Below, in pieces: positions 12,860 to 25,800 of a stretch of DNA of 64,000 nucleotides. The notes beneath the pieces were generated by a model. The model was not told the origin of the DNA, ran no database searches, and was given only the letters and a program-made list of their open reading frames with translations. The position numbers and the translations under genes are program-made. Every line of letters starts with the position of its first letter. Within the stretch, counting starts at the first letter, position 1. Origin of the DNA: Amphiscolops sp. MND2022 (lineage: Eukaryota); contig OZ076410.1 of NCBI GenBank assembly GCA_964187785.1, forward strand, positions 63,550,001 to 63,614,000, given 5' to 3'.

Positions 12860-14400
12860 TCAAGCTAATAGTTTTATTGCTGGACTGTTGCGACCGATCT
12901 CAGAAGCATTGCTACGCATACGTTGATTGGCCACTCGGAATCGCCGATAGGACTCCGTCTTCTTTCGAGTCATGTGGGTTTCGAATACATCATCATAACG
13001 TTGAATAAAAGCAGCACAATCATCACCAAATATACGATTCCAAGGATCGAAAGCAGTATCAGAGGTCTCCATAGTCGGCTGGCTTAAAAAGCACCCAGCC
13101 TGCAGTTCGGAGGACAGACGTAGCTGTGCACCCCCAATAACAGGACGAAATTACAGAGGCAGATACAGCACAGCCATGCAAAGAGAAAACCACGTCGAGA
13201 TAACTAGAAGCAGGACGTCGCATGACCAAACAACATACCTTGAAGATCTGACACAAATTCCGAGACAAGGAACTAGAATCTGCAAGGAGATAACTCATAA
13301 CGTCAGCAATACTTTCAGCACTATTCTCGGAGTCAAAATGACGTATCCCGGCGTCTACAACAAAAGCTACAAACAAACTCCTCAGCCCCACACTTGGGTT
13401 CTGCATCGCTCAAGCCACCCGCTCCTCTCCAGGACCCGCATCAACTTACTGGACAGGCGGAAGATGTAACGATCGTCACCCTCCAACAGTAGTTTGGAAC
13501 AGAATGCATACACGCCTTGCAAGAAACCCGAGGACACAAGATTAGTCTCCAGAAGGACGTCGACCAAACGGTCCATAAATTCGTGACATCGATTCTCAAA
13601 CGCAACAGTTTTTCAAAAACGATTCTCTAAAAATCAACAGTATCGACCTTCTTAAATGCCTCACACTTCGAAGTGTCCGTATAGGCCTCCTAATCGTGCG
13701 TCTCGGACAAATCAGATAAATGACGAGTACGGGACTGTAAGCAACAACTCCATAGGATCCAACAGTTTGTTATAGAACTGCAACCCTTGATGTACACGAT
13801 ACGCGACATCTAGTTGCCAATGTTTGTCGCTCGAAACGTGACGACCGAACTCCGTGCTCCTTTGGTTGGTATCGATGCGTCTCGTTGGCAGATAGTGCAA
13901 AAGAAGGCAGTGTCCGTTCCAGAACTGGATCCGTTCACAAAGAGCTCGAACACGGGGTGGTCTTGGACCATGTCGCGGAGGAGTCGATTCCGTGAACATT
14001 GGGTCCGTGTTCGCCGACGTAAGGGACTGGCACTTTCAAGAATCGATTGTACACGCGTCACCAACTCATCGAACTGTACAACAAACGCCAAATTATCAAA
14101 CTCAAGTACATTTTACAATCAGCACTCTAAACCATACCACCAAAAAACACCAACATAACCAAAAAACAACTGAACCAAAGTAATGCATACTAACTTGCAA
14201 CAAAAGGGTCAACTGTCCGCGTCTCAAACTCGGAAGCGATATCTTCCCCGGATATGGCAGCTTGCTGTTGAGTGTATGCGGCAGCACCAGTACCCGCCCA
14301 TTCATTGTCACATCTCTCAAACTAGAACGCTCGAGATTGGGTAACAGTGGACAGTTTCTTGCAACGCCTACCGCTGACCAGAAGACATCGTCCCAGAAGA
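12860..14400 (-). pseudogene. Antisense accessory gene of element B (zinc finger plus shortened body)
   Basis: FFCTICQRDASIPTKG..EFGRHVSSDKHWQLDVAYR at ~13800-13905 across one frameshift. Fragments 14102-14320, 13810-14091, 13712-13999, 13382-13576, 13059-13406 and 12860-13072. Confidence 0.6.
14074..14194 (-). other. Candidate phase-0 GT-AG intron (121 nt) in antisense gene B
   Basis: CAA|GTTAGT donor and TTGTTGTACAG|TTC acceptor. Removal fuses ORF 14102-14320 in frame to ORF 13810-14091 (LLQ|FDEL). Confidence 0.55.
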
Positions 14401-15181
14401 CACAATGAGATTCGGCGACGCTCCTGCAAACCTAAATAGACAACACACTACATCAACAAAGTGAGCTAGCCATACTCGCCTAACGTAAATAACGAAGTCA
14501 CTATCGAACAATAAAACCTAAAACAGAATAATAATCACCAGGGAAAGCACTCATCTGAGTTGGCGTCTGGGAAGACTTCAAATTACTGAATGTCTCACCA
14601 AAGTCAGGCAAGGATCGAGTGAATCGGGAAGATGGGGTTGAACTCACACCTACCTCTGGGGTCACTATCTGAGGCCACTCTAAAACCTCATCTTGCGGAT
14701 CATCTTGCAGACGATCTCACCTACGTGAGTGGGTACATCATGAGCAGGAACTGGCTCAGAAAGGAAATTAGAAAGAGGTATATCTGCATGCCAGGATCTA
14801 CTCGGCGAGGGAAGTCATTTCAAAACAACAATCTGGAAAACAAAGACAGGGTTAAAACAGCTCAATACTGGCCTGACGCCATTATGACGTCAACAGTGAC
14901 CAAAAAAGGAAAAAAAAAACAACCAATGAAATTGAAGTTAGCAAAACGCTATCAAAATTGACGTCAGCAAAACGTTGACAATTACAGTTAAAAGGATTGA
15001 AACAATCCTACAGCCAATAAAAACGTGACGTTGTCAAATCGTCAACAACGAGGATGAAAAAGGAATTATAAGAAATTCATAACCAATCAGAAAAAAAGGC
15101 TATATACCGTTAATCCTGGAATAATCCTAAATCCATTGTTAAATAATCAAACGCAAAACCAGCAGCTAAAAGAAGACAACA

Positions 15182-15520
15182 ATGAATAATCTCCTGGTCA
15201 AATACAAACGGATCGACAAATCATCGTCAAGCGAGGAAGAGTGGGAGAATAAATGAGCTTCCACGCCGTTGCCTAGGAATAGTCAGATAAACCCGAGATT
15301 AATATTTGAGATACCGCAGTCGTCAGCGGAAGCGACAGCAGACGAGGAAGAATGCTTCGAGTTGTCGCTAGAATCCCTGGAATCTGACTGCAAGAAATTG
15401 ACACTTAGTGAGTCGTATATAAGTTTCGAAAGTGTAGAATCGGACCAATGCCCGTGCTTTGAGAGTACAGAAGAAATAGGTGACTCCCTGAAAGCTCCGA
15501 TGGAAGCCAAAACTTGGTGA
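15182..15520 (+). pseudogene. Small acidic sense accessory ORF of element B
   Basis: ATG at 15182 is in frame with ORF 15269-15520 with one internal stop. S/E-rich. Same position as the sense ORFs of A and C. Confidence 0.45.
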
Positions 15521-15798
15521 TTTTTGTAGAAGAAGGCCACGCTGCACCCGAAGATAAGTCTGTGACCAGTAGCAAAATACTGGAGTAACAAGTCAATCAA
15601 GAAGACTCTGGCTCACATTTCCAGACATCCCCCGGACCGCTGAAGTACATAGGTAGACCTGAGAAGGGGTCACTAAAAGACCTAGAGGAAATAAGGAGGC
15701 CGGCGGTACTCCCCGTCACGAAGAATACGCAACAGACCCAAATGTATACGAGCAGATGCAATTTCAAACGTGGGTGCTTCGTCCTATGACATCAGCCC

Positions 15799-17985
15799 TG
15801 TCGCAGCCTGCTCCCGGTCTGTATTTTAACTGCAGAACAATCAGCTTTGGAAGAGGCCATGGGTGTACATCAAGATCAACTAGTTGCTACTGATGCTCAC
15901 AAACTACTCTAGCGAAAATAAACTGTGACTTGAGAGGAAAACATTAACCAAATTCCAAATGGAAACTAAATTCTAAAAAGAACAGAACGAAATAATTTCA
16001 CACATTTCCGGTAGGACGTTCAAGCGGCTTCATGTCCAAATCCTTTCTTTACCTGAAGTCTTATTCGGAATGAGCATTCGCAAAGATCATAGCTCAATCT
16101 AAAACAGAAATTACATTTGGGGTCTAAAGAACAAAGCATTACGCCTATTCTGAGGAAAGCAAATTAATTGCGCTTTGAAAGGCAATTAATGCGAAGTAGG
16201 ACGGTATTACGTCGTTAAGTGAATAGTTATAGTTATGCAGGCTAATATTACTATTTGTCTATGACGTCACAATCTCGTAGCAGCATAACTAGTAGATTCC
16301 AAGTCACGTCTTAGTGACGTCACTGCCTAGCTAGCTGGCCAAGTCTAGTTCAGAATTTTTGTCCGCACTACGTCCACGTTAGCAGCTAGCTAGGTCTAGC
16401 ATCAAATTTACGTCCACTCTACGTCCAATATTTGTAAAATCAACAATTGTGATCAATATTGAGCTCCGTTTTGGCAAGGTATTTCTGGCAATTTCCAGTT
16501 TAATCTTACCTTCTGAGTATGTCATCTATCAAGAAATGAATCAAAAAGTCATCAATGTATATATAGTCTAACATACACAGTGAAAAACAAGACCGATTGT
16601 CAATGGTTTAGGAACAATTTTTATAGGTATATCTTACACTAAGCTGTTCTGATGATTATTACATGGAACTCACAGTTGATTCCCATAACTTATCTCTATG
16701 AATGTATCTTTATATCTTGAAGATTTTTTTACATTTGTATTTTCATGTCCAGTTTATATTCAACTCGTATAACTATTTGTTCAAAATGACGTTGGTACCA
16801 CGCCATCAGATTTTTAATACTTTGTTGAGCGTTTTGAAAACAATGGTTAGTATATTTCATTGATACTTAAATGTCGCTCGTTGTCCGTTGCTAATACAAA
16901 GATAAATCCTATTCATGTTCATTGAAGGTTGATATCAATGCTGTAAAGCTGTTTTGTAGTTTTGTGGTGGTAAGTTTTGTGTCCATAATTGTTGCGCCCA
17001 ATTAACATCGTACAGACGTCAAAATCATGATTTTGCTATAACGTTAAGTTAATGTTGAGGATAAATTGTAACTTTAGCTATGAATCTTTTCCTTTTCTAG
17101 CATCATTTCAAATCGTCCTCTTGGAGATTATTCATAAACATTTTCAAGTTGTAGTTCAAGTTGTTCACCTCAGCGTCATCTACGCGTCACTTTTTCCGCA
17201 TGTCGCTGGAGCAAAACAGGGAAGCATTTCCGGTTTGACAGACTGAAGCAAAATTTATTTCCTGCTCGGGAGGAAGTAAAAGGACACCGGAATGAAATGA
17301 TATGATCATGTGCGATGGCTAATATCCGAAAAACGATCTTGAAACTAAATTTTGACGAAATGTCGACGTGAAATTTGGGACTCAAATGACATTTTCCACA
17401 AAAAGACAGGAAATGACTAATTGGTCGAGGAAAATTTAGGTACGCTATTGTTAACAAACGATGCTAGGAGGGTATATATACGGTCCAAATTTGTGAAAGG
17501 TTCATTCCCTTTGTATCGCACAGCTAACACACCTTTTTCCTGTTGAAACGATTTTCTCGCAAAACTCAGTTCAATTTGAAAACTCAAAAGTTCTCTTCTG
17601 ACAATCTCTACAAGACGCCAAAAGAGAAAAAACATCTCAGAAGAGAACAGTGAAATTGTAAGTGGAAGTTTCGTATCTCCAATTGTAGTCAAACACGAAA
17701 ACCCACTAAAACAGGACGTCTTGGTAACGTGTCCTTCCCGTGCCAACTCCCAATAGTTCTTTGAAAAGTCTAAGAGCATCATTGAAGGAGATCACCCCTG
17801 AAATCAAAAATTACTAGCTGAATCCCAAAGAGAACTTCTGAAAATGTTGAAAACTAAAACAAGAGAGTGTGTTAACGAAGAAGATGAAGCAACACTTGAA
17901 AATGAAAGGAGAAGTTTTTACACGCCTTCTAAATCAGTCAAGATAAATAGTATCCAAAACAACGACCCATGTAGAAGTCTTAACA
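15799..17985 (+). repeat. 3' LTR of element B (2187 bp)
   Basis: TGTCGCAGCC...GTCTTAACA, a direct repeat of 7563-9760, followed by the TSD GTGAC. Confidence 0.9.
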
Positions 17986-18480
17986 GTGACCAATTGTAGA
18001 TGTCACCATTTTGTGTAAGTATCTGCCTTGTATCTACTTGGGACTTTATTTGGATAACTGACTCCAAGAATTCTGGTCAAATGACTTAAGCATCAGCGCA
18101 ATGTGTCTCCACGACAGTTTTTACAACCACGTTTGTCAACATCAAAGATAACCAACCGTCGAAAGCTAAGTTTTGCTGAACTTTCAGCAGAACAGTCGCA
18201 ACAGAAGTTTTAGCATAAAACTAGTTTTTGCGAAACGTACAATTGACTGAAATTGGTGGATTGAATACGAGAAGTCATAAAACAACAGTTTAACCCAAGT
18301 ACGGGCCTACGCATCAAAAATAAGTTCGTTGTATAATATGAACATCTTCTTTTCATTTTCTCCTAGAACAAAATTATAAAAATTTTTACAGAAAACAAAT
18401 GAAATTACTTCTTTAGAGAAGAAACATGCTTGTTTGAATGTCAGAAGTAAATAATTTTTCAACATCCAGACAATTTAGCT
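17986..18480. repeat. Right part of the repeat interrupted by element B
   Basis: Similar to ~19670-20102. Confidence 0.8.
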
Positions 18481-18499
18481 GTCCTTGCATAGGTGGCTC

Positions 18500-19560
18500 A
18501 GCCTTTTGTTCTTTTGCTTGACTCTGATTTGTCGGATTCATTAGATCCGTAGTTGCTTCGCTTTCTGGTACGTCGCCTCCTTTTTTAATGATTGTTTCCA
18601 TTGGCGGACTGAACTCTTCTTAATCGTCAGGCTCCTCTGGTATTTCATTTTGTTCTGCCGGTCCTACTGGTTTCGCTCGTTCTTTGTGTTGCTTACGTTC
18701 TTCTTCAACTCCTTTTTTGCCGACTCTCTTCGCTTCGATGGTCCTGACACTAATTGTTCTTCTGCATGAATTGACGGGAATTCCCTTATTGCTTCACTTG
18801 CACTTTTGCTGTCGGATGACTGCTCTCTGTTATTTTAAACTCGCTTGAAGTTTGCAGCTCGCTTAATTTCCGGCATTCTTCCACGCTGGTTGCTTCTCCT
18901 GAACAGCACAGTTTGCTGCTCCTGTTGTCTATATCTCGCTTGGAGATAAATGTCGCTGGAACTTGCTACAGGCAACGAAGTTATACCGCGGTTGGTTTGT
19001 TCCAACAGTGTGCCTTTCTCTTCTTATATGCACCCTCCAGTTTGGTTCTTCTTGCCCTCTCCCGCACGGGCATCGCTGAATCCCGCCCGGATTTAAAGTC
19101 CGTTTCGTTGAGTGTACTGTCTGACGGTTCTGAAATACACCAAAAGATTTTTTACGAACTTTTTTGGTATTTGACTCCTTTTCTGTGTGTAGGTTGATCT
19201 CCTTTTCGCGGATTGATACATTCTTAATGCAAATAGTTTCTTTGATAAACCTGAATTTTCCTTGTGTAGCTATATAACTCTTTTTTTGAAAATTCAATAA
19301 CATTCTCCGTTGTTGGTTTTTATTTTCGAAATTACGCTTCCGGTCAGCCTGAAAATTTTACTGAAACTGGTTGATATTTTTTAGCTTTTATGGCGTCTTG
19401 AAATGGACCCGCGAAATCTATTGCTACTTCTTGGTTGATTTCTGTGCATACCGGTAGTTTTTCAATTTGTTTGTGTCAAGATCAGGTTTAATGTTTTTAC
19501 CGGCCTACTGACTTTGTACGCAAGCCCTTGTCATTGCCACGACTTCATGGTGCAGCATGT
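18500..19560 (-). pseudogene. Gypsy integrase fragment (separate element)
   Basis: Minus strand reads LHHEVVAMTRACVQ..EVAIDFAGPFQ..SG*PEA..PTTENVIEF, followed by a low-complexity tail. Confidence 0.7.
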
Positions 19561-19564
19561 CTGT

Positions 19565-20102
19565 AAGTCAAATCTAAAACGCATTCCTTGAAATTGAACT
19601 TTAAAAACTGGAAGTTGAAATTAAGAATATTTCCTGCCATGTGTCAAAATTTGGATAGTTTGGAAGTGGAAACTGTAGATGTCACCATTTTGTGTAAGTA
19701 TCTGTCTTGTATGTACTTGGGACTACAATTGGACAGCTGACTTAAAGAATTATGGTCAAATGACTTCTGCGCAATGATCAAACATCTGCGCAATGTGTTT
19801 TCGAAACACTTATGACTTTTTTCAGAACAGTCGAAACAGAAATTTTACCCTAAAACTAGTTTTTGCAAAACGTACAATTGACTGAAATTGGTGGAATGAA
19901 TACCAGAAGTCATAGAACAACAGTTCAACCCAAGTACGGACCTACGCAACAAATATAAGTTCTTTGATTAATATAAACATCTTTTGTTTTTCATTTTCTA
20001 AAAACCGTCATAGAATACAAATAAAATTACTTCTTTAAGAAGGAATTATGCTGGTTTGGATGTAAAAAGTAAATAATTTTTCAGCATCCAGACACAATAG
20101 CT
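19565..20102. repeat. Uninterrupted paralog of the element B target sequence
   Basis: TTGGAAGTGGAAACTGTAGATGTCACC is contiguous here but split by element B at 7562/17986. Confidence 0.8.
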
Positions 20103-20434
20103 CTTCTGGTTTGAGAAAAGGTTCAATAGATTTGAAGGGCGCCCTAAAGCGAATCTAGGAGAAAACTTGTCGAAAAGCAAGTCACCGAAAATGTCATGAC
20201 GGTCGCAAGTAAATTTCCTCAGCCAAGCCTAGTGCAAGTGTTGGTAATCGGTTTTCGACGAGTTTGTACCTAAGTATTATTAGACGAATTAATTTTCGAC
20301 CAAATTTCCGTGCTTCTATTTCAATGAATAGCATTCGGGTTGTTTTCGACGACCTTTCCGCATATCCAATACAACATTTCGTAACGAAAATTCCATTGAG
20401 TTTTAGATGAAGCAAGGGATTGGGAAAAAGGTCA

Positions 20435-21697
20435 TATACAGGTAAAGGAAACGTGTTCAAATGTTTCCTCGCCTGTCGCCTTGGTCCGCAAGACCGAATG
20501 CTTCGCTAGCCAACCAGAATGCAGTATTACTTTCATTTGTTGCTGTACTGTATTGTTTGATTAAAGGAATGGATGACCATATGCCGCCTGTCAACAAAGC
20601 GCTAGTCCACTCGTGTCAATTGGACACTGAGTCCGCAATTAGATTAAAGGCGCTAACCAGAAAGTATTATTGGTTACGTAATTGATGATGCTTTGATTAC
20701 CTTCAAAATACATGAACAGTCCCAAAAGGACTCATGAACGATGCTAGACTGAGTGCTATTACTTGTAATTCCATGAAAAGCAGTTATATGTTGAAATGCA
20801 TGTAATCTGTTCTATTTTGTACATGTACGCTGTTCATTGTATTTACGGACTCACAGGCGTCCCGCCATAACACCCGCTTAGGAAGTCCTTTGATGTAAAA
20901 GACATTATGATGATGCTATTGTTGCTATTTATAGCTGTGTCTATATTTAGAAAGCACTTAAGGCTATTTTTAGCTCATGACTGCTAAAATTCTGAATGTC
21001 ATGTAGTTTCTAATATATATATATAGCCGGGACAAATAGCCCCGGGGACACAATTGTTGAATGACACTACATGTTAAAGTTACTTACCTTTTAGTAATAT
21101 CATACTGCTAAAAGATAATTCACATCTCTATCTTGTAATAACTTCTCATGCCTTCCACAAGAAGACAAAAGGCAAAAGCCAGGAGGTCTAGAGAAACGGA
21201 CATGATGTCCGACTTTGAAAATCTAGACGTAATGCTGAGAAATGAAAATAATAATCCCATAGAAAGAGAATTAGCTGATGCTATAGATCAGTCGTCGGCC
21301 CACGGGGACGCTGACACAAACGTGTACCAAGGAAATGAATATAGAGATTACTTGCATGAAAATGACTTACTGAGACAAAATGAAGTTAGACGGTCCTTCG
21401 AAACTTTCTCAAATGAATTCAACCTTAGACTGTCTCAAGAAATGGACTCAATGATGTCGATGATGCATAGTCAGATAAATAGGGTCATTACGGCAGGTAT
21501 AGCTAAGAGAGTTATCCCAGAGATTCAGAACATTGCTAACTCAATGTCCTCCACGGGGCACAGGGACACTAAGGCCAGTTTGTCCCCTAATAGTCAGGAA
21601 AACAGGGAAAGCGCATCTGGGCCTAAAATAAAGATTGCAAAGAAGGAATCACGATCTGTAGGTGATTTGAGAGATACCACGGGTCATGGTTCTCACA
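20435..21697 (+). repeat. 5' LTR of element C (1263 bp)
   Basis: TATACAGG (TG mutated to TA)...TTCTCACA, a direct repeat of 33929-35176, immediately followed by the PBS. Confidence 0.9.
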
Positions 21698-22830
21698 TGG
21701 TGACAGGAGCTATTGACACCCAACAGCAAAGTCCCGATTTTCTGACAGGACGAATCCACTCAATCCCAAACCTGGAGAAGCAACAATCCAACCACAATGT
21801 CTCTCTGGACACGACTCTGCCAGCCCCAGACCCCGAAGCCCACGAGCCTCCACAGGACCCGCTCAACTGATTAGCCGATGTATTGGTCAACTTACAAAAC
21901 AAACCTCAATCGTAACCATTAGACCAGTTCAAACCACCCCAATGACATTCGATGGGAAAAGCAAAAAATTTGAGCTTTTCGAGGACTTGTTCCACGCGAT
22001 GATCAAAATGCAACCCGCAATGACAGAAATCAATCATTTCCATTCATTGCTACAAAAAGGGGCATTACAGACGTTCAGGAACATAAATTCTATCAACCGT
22101 CAGTCTTTAGAGGACGTACTGGTCATATTCCGGAGAAAGTATGTTAAGCCGGAATCCCAAGCGACGGCAAAACACAAATGGCATTGATTGACATTCGACC
22201 CATGTTCCATGAAATTGCCGGACTTCTTGGAAGAAATGAACCAAGGGGCTGAAAAAGCCTTTGGCGAAAATGCAAAAAGCATGATTGACAGCTTGCTATA
22301 CGCGAAACTTCCACCAAAACTGAAACGATCTGTTAACATGGCCCGGTTGGAGAACGGGACGTACAAAGAAATTGTTGCTCATCTTGAAAGAGAACTAGAA
22401 CTCAATGCATTAGAAGAGTCAGATGACTTGCCAATGGCCACTATGGCCTCGGCGTCCACGAATCAGAGCAATTTGCTGTCTAACGGCATCAACACCAACA
22501 ACGATGCCCAATGCTCCTATTGTAAAGCGACGGGACATTACTACGAAAGCTGCCATAAACTCAAGAAGAAAAAAGAAACGGAGAAGAAAGATGTGAAAAA
22601 CCACAGCGTCCAACTTACCGACCATGTGACACATGCGGGAAAAGATGTTGGCCAGGCGCTGGCGCTCACCTGCGTCCCAAGAGGCCACAGACAGAGCAAA
22701 AACAATGCAAATGCCTCAACTTCCGATTGAAAACCTGAAACAACCAGTGACTCGGCGGCTACTAATTCAAGCCAATCCAATACCAAAAAGACCGATCCAA
22801 AAAACTAATTTTGCCACGACTCCAAATACA
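21148..22830 (+). pseudogene. gag: gag of element C, starting inside the 5' LTR
   Basis: ORFs 21148-21870, 21942-22187 and 22188-22730 are joined by stops or frameshifts. Zinc knuckle CSYCKATGHYYESC (CX2CX4HX4C), plus a degenerate second knuckle CDTCGK. Confidence 0.88.
21698..21709 (+). promoter_or_regulatory. Primer binding site TGGTGACAGGAG
   Basis: Directly after the LTR-terminal CA. 11/12 match to the common eukaryotic tRNA-Leu-type PBS TGGTGTCAGGAG. The host tRNA sequence was not checked. Confidence 0.75.
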
Positions 22831-25800
22831 TGACTATATGTCGGTTCAACAATATGTCATTTCAGATCCTCCACTAATCAATTACAACCAAAGAATTGAG
22901 GATACAAAAGGTATTCCCACCGTTGTCTGGCGGCAACAAATGGAAAAAGCATATATCCGAACTTATAAAATACTACATAATGATCGCCCAGACCGATTTT
23001 ACGAAATTGACTATACTAACGACTTTGAGACTCAATTCGGACCCTTACCATTGATCGCAGATTTTCACCCTCAGTATCCTGATCCTGAGTACGGCAAGGA
23101 TCCGTATTGGGATGACGAACTATATGATAGACAAAACCTACGATTCAAACGTGATGACTATCCACCAACGGACGACGAGGACGATCTCCAGATAGAGGAC
23201 ACCAAACTCTCTAGGGCCCTCATCGAACTTTGGCAGCCGAATCCTGAAGCACACACAGAGGAAATAGAGGAACCCCAATACCAGGAAGCCTATCAAGGCA
23301 TCAGCAGCTTTTTAGACGAAACAGCCTTCCTACATATTTTAGTGGAACAACAAGGCGAACCGCCATACGTTCCCCTTTCCACCAACCTTGGACTTAAAAT
23401 CAAGAGGCGGATGTTATACTATCCAATGGACTTCGGAGAACTAACGCTAGATGGACTCATAGACACTGGGGCCCACTCCAGTGCAACATCAGAAGCAGAC
23501 CTCAGAAAAATACGGCTACTAGCGCCTCAATCCATGGTCAAAGAGGGACCTGCTCCATCTTTCCAAATAATGCTCGCAAAAGGAGACCTAGAGACTCCCA
23601 AAAGTACCGTGGAACTGGAATTTTAAGTGGGGGACATTGAGTTCCATGAAATCTTCATTGTATTGGAAAAACTATCCAGCCCTATAATTGGACTTATGTT
23701 CTTACAAAGAAACCACACAGTCCTACACATGCGCCAAGGCATACTAAATTTTCCCTTTTTCTCGATGCAATTGAAAACGGCTTACCACAAATACTCGAAT
23801 GTCATGGAACCCATTCTCAACCCTGAGGATGTAATGATTCCGCCAAATGACCGTACAAGTATCTCTATTCAATCCCGAATTTATGCAGAAAACGCTGTCA
23901 CTGGGATCTTACAACCCAGTGAACCCCTAAATGAAGAAAATGATATAACATTCTGCGCTGCTATAATTACGCTGGATGAAGGGACCACAAGGATACACGT
24001 TAATAACTTCACTGATCAACCCTACAAACTCAAAAAGGGAATGCACATAGCAAACTTTTCAGTAATGACGCCTGAGCAGATGAAACACGTCAGGCCAATA
24101 GACCCAGTGTCCACCTGGCATATACTCAATGAAAACGAAGAAGTCGCTGTTCACTACATTAGCAGCCTTCTTAAAGCCAACAGGAACAACGACCAATACG
24201 AACAATATTGGTTTCCAACACCTGAGAATCCGGGGGACGAAGCGTCCCACGCGCCAATACAAAAACGAATACTCAGAGAACTACGAAATTTACAAGAAGC
24301 AGAAAGCCTCAATCCACAAGAAGATGAAGAATCTCGGCAAAAGTTCCTCAGTAATTTTGACTGGAAAGACTCAATGCTACAACAGCATGAAATCAAACAA
24401 ATAGAAGCTCTCTTGGTGGAAGTTCACAACATATTCGCTCGCCATAGGTTTGATATTGGTATGAACGAGGAGTTCACGGTCAAACTGACCCCAAAGGACG
24501 ACTCACCTGCCTATTTTACCAACTCCGATCATTTTAAAAGAAGACATCCTGGTTGAGTTGGCACTACTCCACAATTACGGTGTCATAACTACATTACCGT
24601 TCTCAAAAAATGCCAGTCCTATTTTTGCGCAAAAGAAGCCCAATTGGAAAATACGGTTGTTGGTTGACCTCAGGAAGATCAATAATCTAATATCACATGA
24701 TTATATCAATAATAACCACCCAGTCAGCACCCTGACGGACGCTGCGCAACACATGGCCGGGAAGAAGTTTTTTTGCAAACTCGATTGTTCACAGGCGTAC
24801 CACTGCCTTCAGATGGCGGACCAAATGTCCATCGAAATGTTGGCTTTCAACTTTGCCAGCAACTTTCGCTCACAGAAGATTGGCACAAGGACTCAGTAGA
24901 GCCCTATCGGCCTTCTCTAGTTTTATGAAGGAATACTTGGACCGAGTTATCAACGCTGATCAATGCGCGCAATATGTCGACGATATTGGCATAGCGGCAA
25001 ACGATGCTGAACACTTGATCAAAAACCTCCGAGCAACAGTTGAATGCATCAGAGAGGCTGGATTAAAGTTGACCATGCACAAATGCCATTTCGGCGCAAC
25101 CGAAATTGACTTTCTAGGAAGAGCAATCACACCTGAGGGCGTCAAACCTCAAAAGGAAAGTATTACAAACTTCCTAGAAACGACCAAATTCCCAGAATCC
25201 AAAAAGGCCTTGCAACGATACCTTGGATTCCTCAATTACTACAAAAACTACATACCGAGACTGTCAGATAAACTGGTTCCCTTTTTTCAACTACTCAAGA
25301 AGGACGAGAAAGTATTAGTGACATCGGAGTTAATCGAACAATTCAACGAAATCAATAGAGACCTAGATCGATGTAGCCAGCTAGCCTTGCGGCAACCACT
25401 GCCGAATCGACAGCTAGTCATGATGACAGATGCCAGCTTTACAGCAGCAGGATATGCTATACTTACTGAAGATGTCCCAAACCAGAAATTCACTTCAGTC
25501 AAGAAATCCTATGCGCCTATTGCTTACGGCTCGAAAACTTTTATTCCTTCCCAGCTCAAAATGTCAATATATGCGATAGAATTTCTCGCCATATATTACG
25601 CCTTCAAAGAATTCGGACATATAATCAGGGGGACACCCAAAGCGGTGATTATCCTTACAGATAACAAATCGGTCACAAGGTTCTTCCAAACCAAGATTTT
25701 ACCGCCACCATTATGGAATGCATGTGAATTCGTCATCCAGCTCAATTTTACTATAGCCACATTCCAGGCAAGAATAACACAGCGGCAGACTACATGTCCC

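Larger units (their letters stand above)
7563..17985 (+). mobile_element. Gypsy-type LTR retrotransposon B, internally deleted (10.4 kb)
   Basis: Two ~2.2-kb direct repeats with TG...CA termini. 5-bp target-site duplication GTGAC at 7558-7562 and 17986-17990. Gag, protease and RT remnants inside. Confidence 0.92.

Noticed and set aside
20461-20685. 74-aa ORF present in both LTRs of C (also 33955-34179)
   Set aside because: Its recurrence is explained by LTR duplication. No recognisable domain.
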